Shown here in pieces: positions 9,741-19,772 of a stretch of DNA of 64,000 nucleotides; within the stretch, counting starts at the first letter, position 1; every line of letters begins with the position of its first letter. The notes below the pieces were generated by a model. It was not told the origin of the DNA. It saw nothing but the letters and a program-made list of their open reading frames with translations, and ran no database searches. The position numbers and the translations under genes are program-made. The stretch lies in IMG/VR virus record IMGVR_UViG_3300029969_000011. One strand, written 5' to 3'. The stretch is from a virus. Its lineage: Duplodnaviria; Heunggongvirae; Uroviricota; Caudoviricetes.

Positions 9741-9751
9741 ATGAGTCCTCC

Positions 9752-10684
9752 TTATCTGCTCTTAAGCATATCTCTTACGTATGTCATTGTAAGGCTACCG
9801 CAAATCTTACCAAAGTTCTCGCAAGCTGCGACTACCTCTGGCTCCTCCTTACGGCAATCCTCATACATCATCTTAGGAAGTACCTTTGCGATTGCTCCCA
9901 TATCGTGCTCGTCCCAATCAGGTCTAAGCTGACCCTCATCGACAAGCTTCTGAAGACACTTCTCAGTTCTACGAGCAGTTGCAACACTTGCTATGTACTG
10001 TCTCTCAGCCTCTCTCTTCTTGAGCTCCTCTGGGTCTACAGGCTTGTGATGGTCCTGATGAACCTCGGAAAACTTCTCTGCGACAATCTTAAGGTATGAA
10101 GGAGTTCTGCTGTTCTTGTTGTCAAGTCTGTCCTGAGACTTAATAACGACGCCCTCACCACAAGGCTCTGCGCCGAGCATAGACTGACCTACAAGCTGGT
10201 AAACAGTATCCCAACCTCTGAACTCACCTGTGTAGAAGATAGGAACAAAGTAGATTACCTGCTGAGTAAGCTGTACTGCGTTCTCAAGTCCCTTGAAGAT
10301 TGCGTATGTGTCCTCGTGAGGGAGGTACTCCTCTGTCTGAGTATCCCATACGTCGAACATATAGAAGTTCTTGTATCTGTTCTCAGGGTACTTGATTGTA
10401 TGCTTTGTAAGCCACTCGCCGAAGATTACATATCTGCCGTGCTGTGTAAGCATATCAATCTGAGAAACGTTGAGCTGCTGTGCCCAGTTCCAGAAACCGT
10501 TGAGTGTGTTAGCCTCATTAAGCTGGTTCTTACGAGAAAACGCAAGAACAGTATTTGTTGTGGGGTCATATGTGAATGATGCATTTGAGCCGTCAACCTT
10601 CTCGGTAATCGTTACCTGCTCACCGAGTGAAAAGACGGTATCATACTTCTCCTTGAAACGCTCGATATCTACATACTTTTTCAT
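9752..10684 (-). CDS. ATP-dependent RNA ligase (T4 Rnl2-like)
   Basis: 310 aa; N-terminus MKKY...; nucleotidyltransferase motif I TEKVDGSN (KxDG); size and layout like Rnl2. Confidence 0.65.
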   Translation of the reverse strand: MKKYVDIERFKEKYDTVFSLGEQVTITEKVDGSNASFTYDPTTNTVLAFSRKNQLNEANTLNGFWNWAQQLNVSQIDMLTQHGRYVIFGEWLTKHTIKYPENRYKNFYMFDVWDTQTEEYLPHEDTYAIFKGLENAVQLTQQVIYFVPIFYTGEFRGWDTVYQLVGQSMLGAEPCGEGVVIKSQDRLDNKNSRTPSYLKIVAEKFSEVHQDHHKPVDPEELKKREAERQYIASVATARRTEKCLQKLVDEGQLRPDWDEHDMGAIAKVLPKMMYEDCRKEEPEVVAACENFGKICGSLTMTYVRDMLKSR

Positions 10685-10749
10685 TTCTTTTTACCTCTTT
10701 CTCATTTTCTATATATATTATATCATAAAATATAAAAAATGTCAAATTT

Positions 10750-11118
10750 TTATATGAATTTTCCGCCGTTAATTATTCTTAGGTCCTTGTATTCAGGGAG
10801 TTCGAGAAGTTCATCATCATTTATTGCTCGATAATAACCATTATTTGTAGGGAAACAAACAGCAGTTTTGTCACATACAAGTTTACCACAGATACGGCAT
10901 ATTCTACCAACGCAGAGTCCGTACCAGTCGTCATAGTTAATGAGAACTTTCTCATAGTCATGCTTATGGTTAGCTTTCTTAACCTTTTCTTTTACCTTCT
11001 TCTTACCTGTTGAAGGTTTATTTTGCGCCGCCTCACCATAAAAATTATTAAGAGAAGAGCGACTGCCGCCCTCTCCATCCCAACATTCATTTACCTTTCT
11101 GTAATCTCCCTTGCCCAT
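10750..11118 (-). CDS. Cys-rich hypothetical protein
   Basis: 122 aa; CVGRICRICGKLVCD. Confidence 0.4.
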   Translation of the reverse strand: MGKGDYRKVNECWDGEGGSRSSLNNFYGEAAQNKPSTGKKKVKEKVKKANHKHDYEKVLINYDDWYGLCVGRICRICGKLVCDKTAVCFPTNNGYYRAINDDELLELPEYKDLRIINGGKFI

Positions 11119-11341
11119 TAGCTACCTCCATATCTTTTCTTGTTTTCCGTGCCCACTTATTCCATTTTTCGATAGCTTCTTTGCTTGATTTTACATTGAT
11201 AACTTCATACATTTTAACTGACATTGGACAGTTATGTGTCCTGCATTTTATAATCCAGTAAAAGTATGAAGCCATTCCGATTATCTCTTCCTGCTTTTTA
11301 GAGATTGTCATTTCATTATCACAATAAGGACATCTTTCCAT
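11087..11341 (-). CDS. small zinc-ribbon protein
   Basis: CPYCDNE...C..HNC. Confidence 0.4.
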   Translation of the reverse strand: MERCPYCDNEMTISKKQEEIIGMASYFYWIIKCRTHNCPMSVKMYEVINVKSSKEAIEKWNKWARKTRKDMEVANGQGRLQKGK

Positions 11342-11631
11342 TACTTCGTCTCCTCAAAATCTTTTACACCGATGCCGATTAAATCTCCTATACCATAAAA
11401 GAGGTCATCGCCGTTAGAATGTAACGGAACGCCAAGGCATCTCTTATGCTTACCAACATTCGGCGGTCCCATATCTCTGACCTGTGACTCGAAACTTACT
11501 TTGTCAATAGTAAATTTTTCAGTAAAGACAAGTCCACAGCTTCGACATTTATAATAACGTGTACCGTCATAATACTTTTCTCTTCCCATTATGTCCTCCT
11601 TAATATACCAGACCAGAGTGACACATTCCAA
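11341..11631 (-). CDS. small zinc-binding hypothetical protein
   Basis: 96 aa; CRSCG. Confidence 0.4.
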   Translation of the reverse strand: MECVTLVWYIKEDIMGREKYYDGTRYYKCRSCGLVFTEKFTIDKVSFESQVRDMGPPNVGKHKRCLGVPLHSNGDDLFYGIGDLIGIGVKDFEETK

Positions 11632-12004
11632 AGACCAATGTCTCTGGCGTATGGATTATCTCTCTGAACATATTAACTTCTGTAAGATAATCTCTGAAAG
11701 TTTTTGCAATGCGCCGCCCTTCCTTACAGAGAATGATATTCTTCGGCGGCTCATAGTAACCATACACACTCCAGTCCTCAGCTTCTTTGATAAAAAGATG
11801 GTCTACATCAAGAATAACAAGAGCTATTCTGGTCATACCAATGAGCTTAGTCATATCGTGTATCTGTGTATTTGTATCTGCCGCTGTAGGCTTAATGTAA
11901 ATTGCGGAGTTTACTTCTGTATCAATAGGAAGTATAAACTCCTTCTTATACTTTTCAAGAATAGTAAAAGGAATATCCTTTAATTTCATTATTGTAAACT
12001 CCAT
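11600..12004 (-). CDS. hypothetical protein
   Basis: 134-aa ORF. Confidence 0.4.
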   Translation of the reverse strand: MEFTIMKLKDIPFTILEKYKKEFILPIDTEVNSAIYIKPTAADTNTQIHDMTKLIGMTRIALVILDVDHLFIKEAEDWSVYGYYEPPKNIILCKEGRRIAKTFRDYLTEVNMFREIIHTPETLVFGMCHSGLVY

Positions 12005-12120
12005 TTATTTTTCTCCTTTAACTGATTTTCTATATATATTATAACATAAAATAAGCGGAAAGTCAAATTTTTTATTGACTCTCCGCTTTTATAGTTAAAT
12101 ATTACGTTTCAGTTGTCGCG

Positions 12121-13278
12121 TCAATTTTCGCTGGGCTTTGCGCTTGAGTCCTTCTGGACGCCGAAGCCTTTCGCCATAAGCATTGCCATCAAAAAATCCT
12201 TATTGTCGCCGCCAGACTTATCGCTGAGCATAAGGAAAGGAAGCATTGCATTCATGTCCATTGTGCCGCCGTTAGCATTGTTCATCATAGAGAACATAAG
12301 CATAGAGCTCATATCTGTATTACCGTCGCTGAACATAAGGAAAGGAAGTATGTTGCCGAATGGATTCTCAGCATTTGCATTTGTGCCGCCGAACATATCC
12401 ATAGGTGTCATAATCTTAGTGTAGAAATCGAAACCGAAGATAGACTTCTTAGGTGCGAAAGTCTTGATTTCATTGCTCTTAGGCTCAACAGCAACGATAG
12501 CTGTCTTTGCGTTCTCCTTTACGACAAGAGGAGTTCTGTCAGCAGGGTGAAGGATTACATCACCAACTGCAAGCTGTGACTTAGACACAGGCATTGCAAA
12601 GATAGGAATGTCCATTACCATATCAGATACATTGGTAAGTGAACCGTCCTCATTATATACGTTATATGTTACGCCGTCTTCTGCCTTAAAAGCGATACCG
12701 TTGAAAGAATACTTGATGGTATTTGTATCTACCTTACCGAACATAAAGTCGCCCATTAACTTTTTCATATTCATTGATTTTTCCTCCTTAATAACTTCTA
12801 TACTTTTGCCATTTTTAAACACTATTTTAGGCTCTGAATTTACATCACTCAAAGAGAATGAATGTATTGCATCGCCTATTGTTACTACGTCATCTTTCTT
12901 CACATAGAGTGAAGAAGGTTCGTATTTAACATATACTGGCTCACACTTTTTAATGTCGTAATCTATAATTTTAGACCATGCGCCAAGTGCGCTAAGAGCC
13001 TCGAGTTTAGCAGGCATACACTTGTAATTAACGTCTCGAAATACTTCTAAGACCTGCATCCAGCTATCGCCATAAGGGTCTTTCTTAATTGTTCCCATAG
13101 ACACGGAATCAACATCTGACAAATGCTGAGTTACACGAGCATTGGTCAATACCTTGATTTTGTCACCAACGGCTAAGCCATTAAGTGTAGCAACTTCGTA
13201 GTAATAGACCTTTGCGTCAGGACTATAATTACCGTCTCTATTAGGGAAGATAGCTGCAATAAAATCGCCTTTAGCCAT
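12121..13278 (-). CDS. hypothetical protein with Met-rich repetitive C-terminus
   Basis: 385 aa; repeats PFLMFSDGN/PFLMLSDKSGG; strong GGAGGAAGAA RBS. Confidence 0.45.
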   Translation of the reverse strand: MAKGDFIAAIFPNRDGNYSPDAKVYYYEVATLNGLAVGDKIKVLTNARVTQHLSDVDSVSMGTIKKDPYGDSWMQVLEVFRDVNYKCMPAKLEALSALGAWSKIIDYDIKKCEPVYVKYEPSSLYVKKDDVVTIGDAIHSFSLSDVNSEPKIVFKNGKSIEVIKEEKSMNMKKLMGDFMFGKVDTNTIKYSFNGIAFKAEDGVTYNVYNEDGSLTNVSDMVMDIPIFAMPVSKSQLAVGDVILHPADRTPLVVKENAKTAIVAVEPKSNEIKTFAPKKSIFGFDFYTKIMTPMDMFGGTNANAENPFGNILPFLMFSDGNTDMSSMLMFSMMNNANGGTMDMNAMLPFLMLSDKSGGDNKDFLMAMLMAKGFGVQKDSSAKPSEN

Positions 13279-13516
13279 TTCTTCCTCCTTCTTTCCTGTT
13301 AATACTTCAAGATTAAAAGCTGGTGTGCTAAATGATACTGATATACTTTTATTGGTCTACCACGGCATTTCAAGCATACCGCTGCAGGAACAAACTGAAT
13401 CGTAAGAAGTCTCAACTTTTAGGTCTGAAACTTCCCCGAAGTCAATCTGAATTTTCTCGCCTTTTGAATTTGTGCCCCAACCTATAAGTTTATAGGTCTA
13501 TGGCATAGTAGGGTAC

Positions 13517-14359
13517 TCACTGTACATTCTCATTCCTCCAGATTTCGTCGCTTAACGCACGCTTAATGATGAGGAATTTCTGCTCGTCCATACTGTCAAG
13601 AACAGACTGGTCAAAGTTTAGACCCTCTTCTCTGTACTTAGCGAGCCAAGCATCTGCCTCTTCAACGATACGCTTACCAAGGTCCTTAGCCTGAGCCGCA
13701 GAGTAGTTGATTTGTCTATCCTTAACACCAAGGATTTCACCCCAGTATCTCTGCATATTCAAGTCTGAACCCTTAAATGGGTTAAGAATGTACGCGTAGT
13801 CTTCCTGCTTAAATTTTGAAAGCATAGCAAGCAATCTCATTTCGTGAGAGAGCTGCTTTGAAGCATAACCGTACTTCTCGACTTCCTCGACCTGAACTGG
13901 ATAAGGGTGGTCAAGAGCATTAAACTTTTCCTTAATCTGACCGACAATAGCCTTTAATGCAGACTCTTCATTTGCGTGTGCAATAGCGTCCCTATTAAGA
14001 ATAAACCAGAACATAGGGCTGTAATCTGGATTTACCCAGAACCAGTCTGAGTAAAGAAGCTCAACAAAGTTTGAAGAACCCTTCTTCCACTGGTCAACGA
14101 TAAGACGAATGTCCTTAACATCGACCTGACCGTTGAAAGGCATTTCTTCAACATGGCTTACAGGCTTTGAGTTGAATACAATATCCCTCAGTGAAGGAAC
14201 GACAACTGCCTTGTAATCGTAGTCACTCTTAGGTCGTCTCAGATTGTAGTTCTGAGCACCGTATAGAGCGATAAAGATTACATTAAAACCTCTTTTCTGA
14301 AGCTCCCTGACTGCAACGTGCATAAGCTCCTCTTCTGGCATTATCACTTTCTCGTCCAT
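13517..14359 (-). CDS. Pol-beta-superfamily nucleotidyltransferase (NTP_transf_2-like)
   Basis: YGAQNYNLRRPKSDYDYKAVV matches the hG[GS]x9-13Dh[DE]h nucleotidyltransferase signature. Confidence 0.4.
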   Translation of the reverse strand: MDEKVIMPEEELMHVAVRELQKRGFNVIFIALYGAQNYNLRRPKSDYDYKAVVVPSLRDIVFNSKPVSHVEEMPFNGQVDVKDIRLIVDQWKKGSSNFVELLYSDWFWVNPDYSPMFWFILNRDAIAHANEESALKAIVGQIKEKFNALDHPYPVQVEEVEKYGYASKQLSHEMRLLAMLSKFKQEDYAYILNPFKGSDLNMQRYWGEILGVKDRQINYSAAQAKDLGKRIVEEADAWLAKYREEGLNFDQSVLDSMDEQKFLIIKRALSDEIWRNENVQ

Positions 14360-14423
14360 TTTCTTCTCTCCTTTCCTTTATTATAATAATATTATATCAT
14401 AGATTATTTATAAAGTCAAATTT

Positions 14424-14906
14424 TTAACTGTATCTGTAAGCTACAAAGATAACGTTATTCTCCTTCTCGACTTCTTCCAGTGTTTTCTTCATCACTGACC
14501 AGTCGCCGCCACCAAGACCGCAACCAAAAAGATAAGGAATAGCTATCGGCATCTGAGCGTAATCAGCAGGAATACATTCAAGTTCTCTGTAGCCGAGTAT
14601 CATATCAGTAAAACCGTCCTTTACTGCCTGATAATCTGTATAGCATTTATCTCTGCCATAGTCATCTTGACCAAAGATATTCCATATTTCGTGTCCATCT
14701 GCGGTCCAAGCACAACCTGTACCTAATGGAGACTTGTGATTGATAGCCCAGTATTCATCAATGAACTCCTTATAGACATCAAAGACTTCGGGATAGCGGT
14801 CTTTAATTGTCCTTGCTAAGCCGCCGCCCATAACTCCTCGACAGTTTACCTGATGAGCTATAATGTGTACGTCTGTATTTAAAACATCACCGTGGGTAAT
14901 TATCAT
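14424..14906 (-). CDS. macrodomain protein (ADP-ribose binding/hydrolase)
   Basis: GDVLNTDVHIIAHQVNCRGVMGGGLARTI aligns to the macrodomain GDI..vDvIVNAAN..l.GGGGV..AI motif; later GCGLGGGDW; start ATG 14906 with GGAGGAAG RBS. Confidence 0.6.
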   Translation of the reverse strand: MIITHGDVLNTDVHIIAHQVNCRGVMGGGLARTIKDRYPEVFDVYKEFIDEYWAINHKSPLGTGCAWTADGHEIWNIFGQDDYGRDKCYTDYQAVKDGFTDMILGYRELECIPADYAQMPIAIPYLFGCGLGGGDWSVMKKTLEEVEKENNVIFVAYRYS

Positions 14907-15202
14907 TCGTCTTCCTCCTTTATTCCATAATCGTCCCATTCCGCATCATCGGGAATCCAGGTCCAGCTATCTTCAAGGGCAGTTCGATAAGATGTAACAA
15001 CTACTCTGTGCTGCTTATATGCAACCGCATTTATATCAAAAGGATGGTCTAATATCCACTTGTCGATATAATCACCGAAGTCTTCTTCCTCAGATAGCTC
15101 ATAAAGATTTATAGGGCTTATAGGAGTATCCCTATCTTCAGGCTTTGCAAAGAACCATACCATTAATGTTCTCAATCGGTCAACCTCCAATTTATGTATC
15201 AT
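14903..15202 (-). CDS. hypothetical acidic protein
   Basis: 99-aa ORF. Confidence 0.4.
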   Translation of the reverse strand: MIHKLEVDRLRTLMVWFFAKPEDRDTPISPINLYELSEEEDFGDYIDKWILDHPFDINAVAYKQHRVVVTSYRTALEDSWTWIPDDAEWDDYGIKEEDE

Positions 15203-15393
15203 TAGTCCTCCTTAAGTGTCTGCTTGACATCATCAACTGTAAACTTTATACCCATGCCAGTGCTTTTGAGGAAATCTGTTGCCTTCTTTGTATCCTCTTC
15301 AGACTCAATATCTTCATCAAAATAAATGATAAGATACCAGAGCATAAAGATTACAAGTGCCGCCGTAAATAAAATTGCTATCATAATCTTCAC
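15202..15393 (-). CDS. small membrane protein
   Basis: 63 aa; TM segment IMIAILFTAALVIFMLWYLIIYF. Confidence 0.4.
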   Translation of the reverse strand: MKIMIAILFTAALVIFMLWYLIIYFDEDIESEEDTKKATDFLKSTGMGIKFTVDDVKQTLKED

Positions 15394-15463
15394 TCCTTTT
15401 CACTTTCTATAAATATTATATCATATATAATAAAAAAAGTCAAAGCTTTTATAGCTTTGACTC

Positions 15464-15730
15464 TTAGAAAATTTTGTACGGCGGCACTATAAGGTCGCAT
15501 CTACCCTCTCCGGACCAGTAAAATCTAATCCACGGTTTGGGTTTACGCCATTCGCCGCCCCAGCCTTCGCTGATTTTTATTTGCCTTAGTTTAAGTTCGT
15601 CCTTAATTTCAGAAGATAATGGTGGGATATATGCGTTAAAATATATTGTTACGCCACTATACCCATTACAACTTGCCTTATCAATCCAATATGCAAGATA
15701 CTGGTATTGAATATGGTTAATGAGCCCCAT
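15464..15730 (-). CDS. hypothetical protein
   Basis: 88 aa; GGAGGAATTG RBS. Confidence 0.4.
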   Translation of the reverse strand: MGLINHIQYQYLAYWIDKASCNGYSGVTIYFNAYIPPLSSEIKDELKLRQIKISEGWGGEWRKPKPWIRFYWSGEGRCDLIVPPYKIF

Positions 15731-15779
15731 TACAATTCCTCCATATAAAAAAAATAGAGCAGACTAACGTCTACTCTTT

Positions 15780-16346
15780 TAAAACGGTAGTTTTTAAGAA
15801 CACGATTGCCAGTCAATAGCCTTGACTGTTGGCTTAAACTGTAAAGTATAGCGCAATGCTTCCTTAACTGTTTTACTATCATTTGATTGTTCAAAAATAG
15901 TTGCTGATGCAATCGTAATATAAGAACTCGACTTCCTGCTGGGTCCACCAGACTTTTCCTTCCATTACCCTGAAGGGGGATAGGTTCTTATACCTATAAG
16001 CAAGTCGTCATGGTGACTAACCAGTGCCATACCATTTCAGATATGGGAATTTTACTATGACGTTTCCGACGCATCGGATTCGCCGTCACCCTGTCCGAAG
16101 ACCATAGGTGACTTCCTGTTATCTAAATTCATATCAAATCTATTATAGAAGATTGCTGATAGAAGTCGAAACCATTTTTTATTTTAACGAGGGCGCGGCA
16201 CCACGTCCTCATCTTGCTCAGTGAGCTTTCTTTATTTATAGGACGTTGCTCTACGTCCATTCTCTCGTAAGTCAATACGAAGACTATTGCCCTCGTACTG
16301 TTGTATTTATAAGTGGGATTTTACTCCCACCCATACAACATTTTCA
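15780..16346 (-). ncRNA. candidate structured non-coding RNA (possible Y-RNA-like partner of the TROVE protein)
   Basis: About 560 nt with no credible ORF (15730..15948 judged spurious), locally GC-richer with many short inverted repeats; ends in a hairpin + T-run terminator at about 15745-15780; directly downstream of the Ro60-like gene. Confidence 0.3.
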
Positions 16347-17828
16347 TTACTTCCAAGAATATACATCCTTAGAAAGTATCTTGACCATAGCCTCATAAGC
16401 ATTGCACTCGATGAGTTCTCTAAGGTCATTGAATGGACCTACACCAGAACCGCTGCAGTAACTGATGTTATCGTAGATAGTACCGATGTAGTTGTCCTGA
16501 CGTGCCTCAACATTCCAGCTTACGACCTTAGTCTCAGGGAGACCAGCCTCGCGAAGCTTCTTGTTCCACTTACCGACAATGGAGTCAGCAGTGTCTGGAC
16601 GTACGTCGTAGTCGAACTGACCGTCTGATATAACTACAAGAGCCTTTGGAACCTCGCGGGTTCTTACAGCAGTCTTATAGATAAGCTCGAAAGCCTTATC
16701 AAGGTTAGTGTTGTAACCCATGTCAGTTGACATTACCTTTCTAAGACACTCCTCAAGTCCCCAGCTATCCTCGAGGGATATGAAGTGAGGATTGTTAGTG
16801 AATGTCATATAAAGGTTGTGGTATGCACCCTTATTACGCTGAGCGAAGTAAGTTGCAAGACCAACAGAAGTTGCCATAGGCTGACCTAACATGGAGCCAG
16901 ATACATCTGCCATTACGACAACATCGTACTCTCCGCTAACGTAGTTAGGAAGAGCCTTCCACTGAGCTTCGTCTACAGGGTCAAGATGGTAACGAGAGCT
17001 ACCATACATATACTTGTACACGATGTCGTATGGGTAAAGAGTAGAAGCATTTACCTTAGCCTCGCCCTTTTCAAGGGAAGCCTTGTAAGCTGCAAATCTC
17101 TCCTGACAACGCTTGTTGTAAGTCTTGATATATCTGCTCATTGCAACAGATGGAACAGACTGGAAGTCTATCTCATCCCACTTACCAGCAGACATCTTTG
17201 TCTCGACGACGCCGATGTGTGCACGAAGCTTTGCAAGAGTCTTACGATATGTACGCTCGGTAAGACCGAGGTAACGACAAGCTCTACGACCAAGCTTACG
17301 AGTCTCCTGAGAAGAAGTATTGATAGATGGCATCCACTTAGCAAGGATGGAGATAGGCTGGTTCTTAGCCATACCCTCTGCATCAGCACGAAGCTGCTTG
17401 GAGATAAACTCCCATACCTTTGCCTCAATTACTGGATACTTTCCGTTAAGGAAGATGAAAAGGTCATCCCATCTACCTGTATCAACAATGGTCTGAAGAT
17501 TGCGGACAATCTTCTGAGGGTCGATACGACCGAGTTCTGCAAGCAGAATACGACCGATACGTCTCTCACCAAGACCACAGTCTCTGATGTTACGAGCGTA
17601 AAGGATAAGGTTATCTGCAAGAGTAGGGTTCTCCTGTCTTGCTGCCTTCCAATCGCTGATTATAGCGGAAGCATCTCTCTTTCTCATACCACCTATCTTT
17701 GCATAGATGTCAAGAAGAGCGCCGCCGTTTGTTGAACTATATGCGAGTCCACCGTTTTCGGTAAGTGTCTGATTAGCCATTGCCTTAGCTGCGTTTACGA
17801 AATTACTCATTACACATCTCTCCTTCAA
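16347..17828 (-). CDS. Ro60-like protein (TROVE-like helical N-terminal region + vWA domain)
   Basis: 493 aa; C-terminal vWA MIDAS VVVMADVSGSM (DxSxS); N-terminal ~300 aa helical region consistent with a TROVE module. Confidence 0.5.
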   Translation of the reverse strand: MKERCVMSNFVNAAKAMANQTLTENGGLAYSSTNGGALLDIYAKIGGMRKRDASAIISDWKAARQENPTLADNLILYARNIRDCGLGERRIGRILLAELGRIDPQKIVRNLQTIVDTGRWDDLFIFLNGKYPVIEAKVWEFISKQLRADAEGMAKNQPISILAKWMPSINTSSQETRKLGRRACRYLGLTERTYRKTLAKLRAHIGVVETKMSAGKWDEIDFQSVPSVAMSRYIKTYNKRCQERFAAYKASLEKGEAKVNASTLYPYDIVYKYMYGSSRYHLDPVDEAQWKALPNYVSGEYDVVVMADVSGSMLGQPMATSVGLATYFAQRNKGAYHNLYMTFTNNPHFISLEDSWGLEECLRKVMSTDMGYNTNLDKAFELIYKTAVRTREVPKALVVISDGQFDYDVRPDTADSIVGKWNKKLREAGLPETKVVSWNVEARQDNYIGTIYDNISYCSGSGVGPFNDLRELIECNAYEAMVKILSKDVYSWK

Positions 17829-17900
17829 GATAATTATTTTTGTTTGCTGTTTTTATCTTACTTATATATTATACTATAAAATATAATTTTTGTCAAATAT

Positions 17901-18455
17901 TTAATTGCACCTGTCTTCGTAAAAGGTTGCTACCCTACGAAAAATAGAGTCTGGCGCCGCCACAAATTCCTTCTGCCACTCTCTTTTGAAAGTTTTGAAG
18001 TATTCATCGACTTCCATATCGCCGAAAACATAAACTCTTATATTATTTCGTCTTGAGAAAACTTGTCTATGATAGACTATCTCCTTAAAGACTTCTAAGT
18101 CTCGCTTATCCTTAATCGAAATCGTAAGTCCATCAATGCCCCAGAGGTTCTTTTCTCTTTTATAAAGATACTCATATAACTCATAAGCATTGGTATAAAC
18201 ATACACCTTTTTGATATTAGGATAAGTTCCTTTTAAAAAGGAAGCTGTCATACAAGGGTCTGCATATGCAAATGGTTCGCCGCCCGTCAAGAAAATGTTT
18301 TCAGCTTCTTCAAGCTCTTCATTCGTAACGACGGGAATTTCATTTACATTATACTGCTTATTGCAACAAAGCGGGCAATTTCTATCACAACGATTTGTAA
18401 TCATTATGTGAATATTACGCTTCGTTATATCTGTCTTTTCATTTAATTGAGCCAT
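17901..18455 (-). CDS. radical SAM activase, NrdG-like (anaerobic RNR activating protein) or QueE-like
   Basis: 184 aa; CDRNCPLCCN = CxxxCxxC followed by CN as in NrdG (CPGCYN); GGEP motif. Confidence 0.5.
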   Translation of the reverse strand: MAQLNEKTDITKRNIHIMITNRCDRNCPLCCNKQYNVNEIPVVTNEELEEAENIFLTGGEPFAYADPCMTASFLKGTYPNIKKVYVYTNAYELYEYLYKREKNLWGIDGLTISIKDKRDLEVFKEIVYHRQVFSRRNNIRVYVFGDMEVDEYFKTFKREWQKEFVAAPDSIFRRVATFYEDRCN

Positions 18456-18695
18456 TTAAACTCGTCCTTTCCATTTGATTTTCTATAAATATTATACTAT
18501 ATTTTATAAAAAAAGTCAAATTTTTGAGGGAAAAATAAGGGCAACGTCGCAACGCTACCCTTACTCAGCTTTCGCTGATGGTATCAATTTAAACACGATA
18601 GGTTTGTGGCGGACCGCCGCCTGTATAAACGGGGGAGTCGAACCCCACGTAACCAATTTCTGAGGGTTTACATTTGGTTTGCTGAACTATCGTTA

Positions 18696-18787
18696 TGGCG
18701 ACGAAGTGAGGTGTCGAGCCCCATACCGCTCATCACGGTACCAACTGCTTTCAAGGCAGTGCTCAAGGCCGCTTGAGATACTCCGCC
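18696..18787 (-). tRNA. tRNA-Ser (anticodon TGA), class II
   Basis: CCA+G73; T-arm; long variable arm (taccg/cggta); anticodon loop reads tttcaag on plus strand (codon TCA); acceptor pairs with two G-U. Confidence 0.5.
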
Positions 18788-18999
18788 ATTATCAAGATAC
18801 GTTTTTTTCTCGTGCCTCTGCCAATTGGGCTACTCCCCGATATGCTGCCCGAGACAGGAATCGAACCGTTACCCTCCGCCTTCTTCAGGCGGCGTGCACA
18901 CCTATGCACTACAAGGGCAGTCTGGTCGGGGAGGATGGGATTCGAACCCACACTCATCGTGCTCCTAACGCATTAATTGAGTAGCTGACGTATCTTTAT

Positions 19000-19075
19000 T
19001 GGTGCCGAGGGGGAGAGTCGAACTCCCTACGCCAAGCTCTTCAGGCTTGCGCTCTACCAGTTGAGCTACCTCGGC
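19000..19075 (-). tRNA. tRNA-Phe (GAA)
   Basis: Perfect cloverleaf: acceptor gccgagg/cctcggc, T-arm gggag-agtcgaa-ctccc, anticodon loop tcttcag (codon TTC), CCA encoded. Confidence 0.75.
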
Positions 19076-19208
19076 ATTATCAAGACAGTTATACTTATAA
19101 ACTCTACCCGTTGAGCTACGCGACGCGAACGCCACGGTGGGATTCGAACCCACATCCCCCTTTGTGCAAAAAAGAAAAAGTTTTAAGTGTTTTGCTGAAC
19201 TGCCTTAT

Positions 19209-19285
19209 TGGTCGGGGCGGTGGGATTCGAACCCACAGAATCGTGATTTTGAGTCACGCACGTTTACCAGTTACGTCACGCCCCG
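19209..19285 (-). tRNA. tRNA, anticodon CAA (Leu-type anticodon) with class I (short variable arm) body
   Basis: Perfect acceptor cggggcg/cgccccg, T-arm, D-arm acgt-ttaccagtt-acgt; anticodon loop ttttgag (codon TTG); 5-nt variable loop. Confidence 0.55.
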
Positions 19286-19412
19286 ATATAAAATGCAAAA
19301 TATGAAGAGGATACCACACCCTGCAGAGGCCCATATTTATTTATATCCCGCACCATAAGCTTCTTCGCGCTTCAATCCGTCGACTGTCCTCATGGCCATC
19401 CGTGCGGTTTTC

Positions 19413-19488
19413 TGGGTGGAAAGATGAGATTCGAACTCACACCTTCATGGGCCACAACCATGCGCTCTACCATTAAGCTACTCACCAC
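19413..19488 (-). tRNA. tRNA-His (GTG)
   Basis: Anticodon loop gccacaa (codon CAC); extra 5' G-1 and C73 discriminator + CCA characteristic of tRNA-His. Confidence 0.7.
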
Positions 19489-19595
19489 ATCAATTCCGAC
19501 TTTAACCCAAGTCGGCAGGGTTAAATAAAACCAAATCTGCCTCCACACAGTGGAGTTAGCTGTAGACAATAGCACTGAACATAACTATTCCTACT

Positions 19596-19671
19596 TGGTC
19601 TCGGTTATAGGACTCGAACCTATGACTTTCTCCTTGTAAGGGAGACACTCTCGCCGCTGAGTTAAACCGAG
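19596..19671 (-). tRNA. tRNA-Val (TAC)
   Basis: Perfect acceptor ctcggtt/aaccgag, T-arm atagg-actcgaa-cctat, anticodon loop ttgtaag (codon GTA). Confidence 0.7.
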
Positions 19672-19698
19672 ATTATCAAGACTCTCTATACCTTGCGG

Positions 19699-19772
19699 TT
19701 CCGGAAGGGGGATTCGAACCCCCATATGTACGATTTTAGGTCGTATGACTTAGCCACTTTGTCTATTCTGGA
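19699..19772 (-). tRNA. tRNA-like, anticodon region TAA with irregular loop (C33?)
   Basis: T-arm ggggg-attcgaa-ccccc, acceptor tccggaa/ttctgga; anticodon stem tacga/tcgta with loop ttttagg. Confidence 0.35.

Noticed and set aside
13279-13516. N-terminal extension or mini-gene upstream of 12121..13278 reading through two TAGs from ATG 13506
   Set aside because: No RBS at 13506, whereas the ATG at 13278 has a perfect GGAGGAAGAA RBS. The frame openness is likely coincidental.
16986-17735. ORF 16986..17735(+) plus 17168..17428 and 17429..17620(-)
   Set aside because: Antisense or alternative frames within the 493-aa TROVE-vWA gene.
18679-19358. Plus-strand ORFs overlapping the tRNA array (18679..18984, 18773..18976, 19111..19305, 19137..19358, 19693..19887, 21005..21328, 21063..21254, 21748..21942, 21964..22224)
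   Set aside because: They overlay canonical minus-strand tRNA cloverleaves, have no RBS, and their translations are GC-skewed junk (MGFEPT..., RWDSNPH... are T-loop read-throughs).
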